From NCBI GenBank assembly GCA_033763455.1, contig JANRKO010000092.1, forward strand, positions 32,001 through 96,000: a DNA stretch of 64,000 nucleotides. Reading direction: 5' to 3'. The position numbers and the translations under genes are program-made. Numbering within the stretch: the stretch's first letter is position 1; each line of letters opens with the position of its first letter. Source of the stretch: Polyangiaceae bacterium (GTDB lineage: Bacteria > Myxococcota_A > Polyangia > Polyangiales > Polyangiaceae). Of this stretch, positions 58,607 through 64,000 are shown piece after piece. The notes below the pieces were generated by a model. It was not told the origin of the DNA. It saw only the letters and a program-made list of their open reading frames with translations, and ran no database searches.

Positions 58607-58644
58607 CCTTGAAAATCTATCTATTAACCATCAGTTTTTCAAGG
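58607..58644 (-). promoter_or_regulatory. Sigma70-type promoter enclosed by a 9-bp inverted repeat; probably leaderless
   Basis: Minus strand TTGAAA-N17-TAGATT-N7-ATG; dyad CCTTGAAAA-N20-TTTTCAAGG. Confidence 0.7.
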
Positions 58645-58906
58645 TAAAAATTTACAGGATCCTTGCGTCAGCACGGGCACCGCAGCTGCTCGAAAGGCCT
58701 ACGGTGTGCGCGCTGGAAGTGCGTTGACCGGTTCCGTAGCTCGTCGTGCGTTTCGGACCCACCAACATTCGCCCCCGCCGTGGCGAGGTGTCCAATTGCC
58801 TTGACACCCAGTGTCCAATCCAATTGTCAGATCGCAGCTATGAGGCCTAAAAAAGCCTGTGAAACGCACGGGCCTGGATGGAACGAGCCTTGCGTAAGGG
58901 GCTGGC

Positions 58907-59680
58907 ATGGCAAGCTCAGCGCTCCCCCTTTGGTCCTCGTCTTTTCATGTCCCGAGCGAGCCTCGGCTGGTCTCCAGGGACATCGTGCTTTGGCTGGACT
59001 CGGGTGCGTCGAGTCCGCGTGCGGCCGAGGCCACTTGGAGCGCGCTCATGTCGGGAGAGCGGCGCGTGGTCGACGCGTTCTGCGACAATGCGCGGGCCTA
59101 CCTGGTGCTTGAACGTCGTACCGTACGAGTACCGCAAGCCGAGGCACTGCTCCCTCGCTACGTGGAGATGCTCAAGCGCTTGCTCTCAGGCCAAAGCCAG
59201 AAGGCCATTTCGATTGACCTTGGGGTAACGCCTTCGACGGTGGCGCTCAGCCTGAGTCGTTGCATGGCGCGTTTGGGTCTCGCTTGCCGTGCGCAGAATC
59301 TTCCCCTTGCGCTGGCGTTGCTAGGTCAGGCAGCGAACTTTGGTCTACCCACAGCTGACGTACGCGTTAGCTGCTACGAGGCAGGTCAACTGCGCTATGA
59401 GATCGTCAGTGTTGCTCGCCCTGACCTGGGGCTGCCTTCTATTCTCTCTACGGCCGAGCAAGCGGTGGCTCGCCAGGTGTTGGAAGGTACCACACACACC
59501 GAAGCGGCAGAGCTGCGCGGCACTTCGCGCCGCACGATTGCGAACCAGTTGAGCGCAATCTTCCGCAAACTCGGTGTGTCAGGCCGATTTGAGCTAATGC
59601 GGCGGCTTCAGACGGCGAGCTTTTCCCAGGCGCGCCCTGTTCCCGCACCGCCGCTTGCCTCGACGGCTGCTGCTAGCTGA
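58907..59680 (+). CDS. Transcriptional regulator with two LuxR-type HTH domains
   Basis: GQSQKAISIDLGVTPSTVA and LSTAEQAV...RGTSRRTIANQLSAIFRKLGVSGRFEL. Confidence 0.85.
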   Translation: MASSALPLWSSSFHVPSEPRLVSRDIVLWLDSGASSPRAAEATWSALMSGERRVVDAFCDNARAYLVLERRTVRVPQAEALLPRYVEMLKRLLSGQSQKAISIDLGVTPSTVALSLSRCMARLGLACRAQNLPLALALLGQAANFGLPTADVRVSCYEAGQLRYEIVSVARPDLGLPSILSTAEQAVARQVLEGTTHTEAAELRGTSRRTIANQLSAIFRKLGVSGRFELMRRLQTASFSQARPVPAPPLASTAAAS

Positions 59681-59722
59681 CGTTTTTATTGTGGTGAATA
59701 GGGCCCACTCAGGGAACGTCCG

Positions 59723-60211
59723 TTACCCTGAAGTGCCGGCGTTGCCCGCTGATGCTCCAGCTAACCCGCCAGTAGCTCCACTAGCTCCCGCTGAGCCTCC
59801 CCCGCCTGAAGTCCCGCCGGAAGCTGAAGGGGCGCCGCCTGAGGAAGCTCCACCGTACGGTATCGACGCGCCGCCCGTTCCTGCGCTATTCCCAAACCCG
59901 CCAGCTCCGAAAGCGCCGCCCACGTTTCCAGATGCGCCGGCGGCTCCCCCGCGCGGAAGAATACTGCGGCTATCCATGAACGCGCCACTGCCGTGATTGG
60001 GACTCTCAGGCAACGCACTGAACCCGGCCACATCCGCGGCGCTGCCAGGGGGTACCTTGGAATTCACCCCGCGCCCAGCCGCAGCGACTGTGTCCACGTA
60101 GCCGCCTTTGTCTCCATCTGCACAGCCGGGCGTTCCCGCGAGCAAGCACGTCGTCAGGGCGGCGACGCCGAGACTGCATGGCAGCCTGATGTGACGGTGT
60201 CGGTGAAGCAT
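59723..60211 (-). CDS. Gly-rich low-complexity lipoprotein
   Basis: Signal peptide ending TPGC; Gly/Ala/Ser tail; begins 12 bp after the ABC gene ends. Confidence 0.65.
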   Translation of the reverse strand: MLHRHRHIRLPCSLGVAALTTCLLAGTPGCADGDKGGYVDTVAAAGRGVNSKVPPGSAADVAGFSALPESPNHGSGAFMDSRSILPRGGAAGASGNVGGAFGAGGFGNSAGTGGASIPYGGASSGGAPSASGGTSGGGGSAGASGATGGLAGASAGNAGTSG

Positions 60212-60223
60212 GGCGACGTAATT

Positions 60224-63166
60224 CTAGATGGAATCCCGCCGTTTGAGCAGTAGCAAGATGAAGATCATCGTGATGAACAAGATCGCCGCAAGCACGGTGA
60301 GCGGGAGCCATGCGGATAGGTAACCCGTGAAGCCCCAGGCGCCGTTGAAGTCTGTGCTGGCGATCTGCGCTTGTGCACAATGGAATTTACCGGCGAAGAC
60401 GAAATTCTCGGGGCTCGTGACGTCAGGCTTCTTCAGATCGATCACCCACGCCGGATCATTGGCGATGGCAATTCGCTCTTGGGCCACAACACCTTGAAAA
60501 CCCCAACGAGCAGGCATGAGGAACATCGGCCACTTCAGCATCGGATTGGTGGTCATGGGTACCATCAGGCCGCCGAGCACGACTTGCGGAATGAGTGCGA
60601 TCGGGGTGAGCGCCATGGCCGCTTCACTGCTTTCCACAATCGCGCTCAAGAGCAGACCCACTGCCACTGAATTGATCGATACCGCTACGAGAGTTGCGAG
60701 CTCTAGGCCAAAGGCGACAATTCCACCGTTGAAGCTGAGCGCGAAAAACACAATCGCAAGCAATGTGGCGCACTGCACCACGCAGATCGCCCCGAGCAAC
60801 ACGAACTTCGAGAAGACGTAGTTGAAAAGCTTCAGGTTCACCATGCGCTCGCGCCGATAGATCGCGCGTTCGCTCACGATTTCGCGCGCGGCATTGCTCG
60901 TTCCAAACCACACGGCGGCCACCACGAGGAAGAAGATGGCTCCCGCGTGGTCAGGCGTGGCCTGCATGCTGTTCAACATGCCCTCGGCTTTATTGAGCCC
61001 ACCCGAGCGTTGGCCGAGCTCCTGCAGAGCGCCTAAGCACCAAAACGGAATCGCGTCTTTTTGGCCACCAAATACCAAGGCCAAGAGAACGCCGATGATG
61101 GGCGCTTGCAGCAGCATGATCGCGGTGCCCATTCCATCGCGGAATTTCACCTTGAAGTAGCGGCTGAGCAGAAGGCCAAATTGACCGCGCGTGGCGGGAC
61201 GTTTACGTGAAACAGCGGGCTGTGTGGAGCCGGCGCCCACGGCTCTTCTTCCCGAATACATTTCCTCAAAGATGGGATTCTGCGGGCTAAAAAACTCGCG
61301 ATTCCATTCTTCTGCAGCTTGCCGGCGAGCCAGGACGCGGGGCGCGTTGGGATCTTGAGCGCGCATAGCGTCAAAGATGGGCCGCTCGCGGCGATTTAAC
61401 ATGTCGAACATGTCACGCGGATTATCAACCGTATTTTTCTGACCCAATTTTTCGAGGAACGAACCAAAAAAGCGGTAACCGCCCGTGCTCGGTCCGTAAT
61501 AGATGGGCAAGCCGCCTTGGCCCAAGATCAACGCTAGGTTAAACTTCTCATACTCTTCGCGGGCAGGCTGGTGGATGGTGGTGATGATCGTTTTGCCAGT
61601 ATTTTTAGCCAGATCCGACAAGAGCGTGACGAGTGCTGTGGTGTCGTCCGCGGCCAAACCACTTGTGGGCTCATCCAGGAACATGATGACGGGGTCCGTC
61701 ACCAGCTCCATAGCAATGTTGACGCGTTTTCTTTGCCCGCCACTCAATACTTTCTTCTCTGGGCGTCCGATCTGCAGGTGTGCCACGGCTTCGAGCCCGA
61801 GTTGCTGCAGCGTAGTCTCCACGCGGCGATCGATTTCTTCGTCCGAGTAATCTGGAGGAAGGCGGAATTTAGCGCTGTAGCGCACCGCTTCCCAAACGGT
61901 TAACTCGGGGTGAACGATGTCGTCTTGAGGCACATAGCCAATGGAGCCCCGGAGGGCATCGTAGATGGTGTAGAGATCTTCGCCGTTGATACGAACTTGG
62001 CCGTAGGTTGGTGGCAAGTAGCCGTTGAGCGTTAGCAGGAGCGTCGTTTTCCCGGCACCGCTTGGCCCCATGAGAGCAATGAGATCGCCCGGAAGTGCTT
62101 TGAAATTAACGTGATCCAGCAGAGTTTTGAGGGCACTCGGGTTGTCGCGGTCGGGTACCTGGAGCACCAAATCCCAAGCTTCGATCTCGTAAAGAGCGCG
62201 GCCCGCCCATTGGGCGGAGTCTTCCACCACCACCGAGACGTCTTGCCCCGCCACTTGCAACAGCAAGGGCATCGGACCGATGAAGACTTTTTCTCCGTGG
62301 CTCACGGCTACGCGTTGGCCGGGCGGGATGCGCTGGCCGCGCACATACGTGCCGTTGGCACTTCCCAGATCTTCCAGGAAGAGCTTGCCGCCAACGCTGT
62401 GGAGCAACGCGTGTTTGCTCGATACCTGCGGGCTCGCAAGCACGATCTTGTTATCCGGCGTGCGACCGATGGTCTGGGTGCTCGCGGGCGCGGAGCCACC
62501 CATCATGATCTGACCGACTACGGTCTTGTGTCGGGGCCGTGTAGCTGGGTCCAGCGGGGCGGCGGCGGGCGCAGGTGCGTGGGCCGGTGGATGGGCCGGC
62601 GAATGAGTGGGGCCCAGCGTTTGTGCTAGCTGCCGCACCAACTCCACCGGAAGGGGCACAGGGCCAAGGGCTAAGAGCGCATGTGGATCCAAAGCGTGAA
62701 CCTGCTCGGGCGCCAGGCGCTGCCCGGCTAGCCAGGTTCCGCTCTTCGAACTGTGATCCGTAACACTGAGTGGCGAAACGGTGAAGGTTGCGTGGAGGCC
62801 CGAAACGTTGGAGTTGGCAACCACGATATTGGCGCGTGCCGGATCTCGCCCGAAGCTAAGCGTTCCGGGCACTACCGGAGCTTGCCCCGGGGTGAGCAGC
62901 ATGAGGCTGAGCGCTGGGTGGGCATTCGGAAGTGGCGTGTTGCCCAATACAAACTGCGAGCGAAAATCAAACGGAACCTGTGAACCAGGGGCCACCGGTG
63001 CGCCGTTCACTCCCGAGGGCGCTACTCCGAGGTCTTGAAACATGAGCCCCGCATCTGTGAATACAATGCGAGCATGTTCTGGTGCAACATCGGGTGTGCC
63101 CAGGCGAATGTCGCAGTGAGCCGCACTACCGAGTATTATCGAACGTTTGCCGAAGCCAGGGATCAT
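60224..63166 (-). CDS. FHA-domain ABC transporter (ATPase + ABC-2 permease), Rv1747-like
   Basis: Three FHA-like domains; Walker A GPSGAGKTT, signature LSGGQ, DEPTSG and TIHQP; C-terminal membrane domain. Confidence 0.95.
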   Translation of the reverse strand: MIPGFGKRSIILGSAAHCDIRLGTPDVAPEHARIVFTDAGLMFQDLGVAPSGVNGAPVAPGSQVPFDFRSQFVLGNTPLPNAHPALSLMLLTPGQAPVVPGTLSFGRDPARANIVVANSNVSGLHATFTVSPLSVTDHSSKSGTWLAGQRLAPEQVHALDPHALLALGPVPLPVELVRQLAQTLGPTHSPAHPPAHAPAPAAAPLDPATRPRHKTVVGQIMMGGSAPASTQTIGRTPDNKIVLASPQVSSKHALLHSVGGKLFLEDLGSANGTYVRGQRIPPGQRVAVSHGEKVFIGPMPLLLQVAGQDVSVVVEDSAQWAGRALYEIEAWDLVLQVPDRDNPSALKTLLDHVNFKALPGDLIALMGPSGAGKTTLLLTLNGYLPPTYGQVRINGEDLYTIYDALRGSIGYVPQDDIVHPELTVWEAVRYSAKFRLPPDYSDEEIDRRVETTLQQLGLEAVAHLQIGRPEKKVLSGGQRKRVNIAMELVTDPVIMFLDEPTSGLAADDTTALVTLLSDLAKNTGKTIITTIHQPAREEYEKFNLALILGQGGLPIYYGPSTGGYRFFGSFLEKLGQKNTVDNPRDMFDMLNRRERPIFDAMRAQDPNAPRVLARRQAAEEWNREFFSPQNPIFEEMYSGRRAVGAGSTQPAVSRKRPATRGQFGLLLSRYFKVKFRDGMGTAIMLLQAPIIGVLLALVFGGQKDAIPFWCLGALQELGQRSGGLNKAEGMLNSMQATPDHAGAIFFLVVAAVWFGTSNAAREIVSERAIYRRERMVNLKLFNYVFSKFVLLGAICVVQCATLLAIVFFALSFNGGIVAFGLELATLVAVSINSVAVGLLLSAIVESSEAAMALTPIALIPQVVLGGLMVPMTTNPMLKWPMFLMPARWGFQGVVAQERIAIANDPAWVIDLKKPDVTSPENFVFAGKFHCAQAQIASTDFNGAWGFTGYLSAWLPLTVLAAILFITMIFILLLLKRRDSI

Positions 63167-63217
63167 AGATGGGATGCCTTGGGAGAGGGGAACACGGAGG
63201 TTAACTTGCAGGCGCTT

Positions 63218-64000
63218 TTAGTGCAGGTGCACAGCGAATTCGGCGCGACCGATTCGCAACAGTGATTCATCCACCACGGGCAGCCACGCTCCGAGCGGTG
63301 CCTTGGTGCCGTTCACGTGTGTGCCGAGCTCAGCTTGCTCAGTGCGTACGAAAAGCCGCCCATCCTCCAGCTTAAGTGAGGCGTGGACGGGTGCGGCTTG
63401 GGTGGCATCAAGCACGATGCTGCAGTGCTGAAGATCGCTCCCAGCTCTGATTTCTGCGCCCGGCACGATGGTGAACACGCCCGGGGCTCCCTCTAGAATC
63501 GCACGCCTTCCCTGCGCGAGATCTTCGGCGGTGAGTGCCCGGGGCGGCTCTTGGCGTGCCTCCGCCCTATAGCCAGGCCCAGGCCCAGGCGGCGGCTGTT
63601 GCCCGCCGTAGCCCGGAGGAGGGCCGTAACCGCCTCCGGGAGGAGGGCCATAACCGCCGGGCCCTGTTGGACCGGAAGGACGCCGCTTCTTACCACTTTG
63701 CGCGATCACAATAATCAGTAAAAGCACTACGACAACGCCAAAGGCTCCTGCAAGTACGTAGAGGAGCGGAAACGGCGGCTCCGTCCCCGGCAGTTCCACA
63801 ATCGTATCGGCAGTGACACCACTGGCTCGGTGAGCTTTGTTGTCGTAAACCACCAAACGCACAATGGCTTGGGATCCCGAGCCTTGCAGCAGCTTGTCTT
63901 TATCGGGTGCTTGAAATTCGACCACCGTGTCATTGGCGCTTACCGTGGTCCCCTTCATTCCCATAGCGATGAGCTGCTGTTGCGCATTTTTGGCAGCTGC
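63218..64000 (-). CDS. Membrane protein with Pro/Gly-rich linker and degenerate C-terminal FHA domain; 5' part lies outside the window
   Basis: Frame is open to the window edge; one TM helix, GGYGPPP repeats and an FHA-like tail (...VHASL...GTHVNG...LRIG). Confidence 0.85.
   Translation of the reverse strand, partial: AAAKNAQQQLIAMGMKGTTVSANDTVVEFQAPDKDKLLQGSGSQAIVRLVVYDNKAHRASGVTADTIVELPGTEPPFPLLYVLAGAFGVVVVLLLIIVIAQSGKKRRPSGPTGPGGYGPPPGGGYGPPPGYGGQQPPPGPGPGYRAEARQEPPRALTAEDLAQGRRAILEGAPGVFTIVPGAEIRAGSDLQHCSIVLDATQAAPVHASLKLEDGRLFVRTEQAELGTHVNGTKAPLGAWLPVVDESLLRIGRAEFAVHLH

Noticed and set aside
62986..62996. CAGGGGCCACC matching the tRNA-Leu 3' end (possible attR)
   Set aside because: Only 11 bp, inside an intact CDS, and no integrase is present; likely chance.

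Overview
Bacterial chromosomal window. Gene content strongly suggests Myxococcota, probably Polyangiaceae-like: many Cys-rich and Gly-linker lipoproteins, a DUF1592/DUF1552 pair, VWA lipoproteins, a CsgA-like SDR and an FHA-ABC transporter. In order it contains: a TetR-TolC-MFP-RND efflux operon (truncated at the left edge); dusB; a polytopic membrane protein; tRNA-Ser(TGA) with a duplicated 3' end; a sugar locus (two AraC regulators and a clan GH-D glycosidase); a DUF1592-DUF1552-Cip1-like operon; about 18 kb of exported Cys-rich lipoproteins, including two zinc-metalloprotease-like genes and two genes split by single-base frameshifts; a divergent ketosynthase/HMG-CoA synthase pair; a repeat-rich intergenic gap; yebC, a CPBP protease, coaBC and feoAB with a Fur-like box; tRNA-Leu(TAA); a LamG + double C-type-lectin lipoprotein carrying both QPD and EPN motifs; a quinone oxidoreductase, ROK kinase, EEP protein and glgP; a di-heme lipoprotein; a non-canonical sigma-54-type activator; an AAA_14/DUF4143 gene; and an Rv1747-like FHA-ABC transporter. 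No CRISPR array, rRNA, integrase or transposase was seen. All family assignments come from motif recognition by eye, not database searches.
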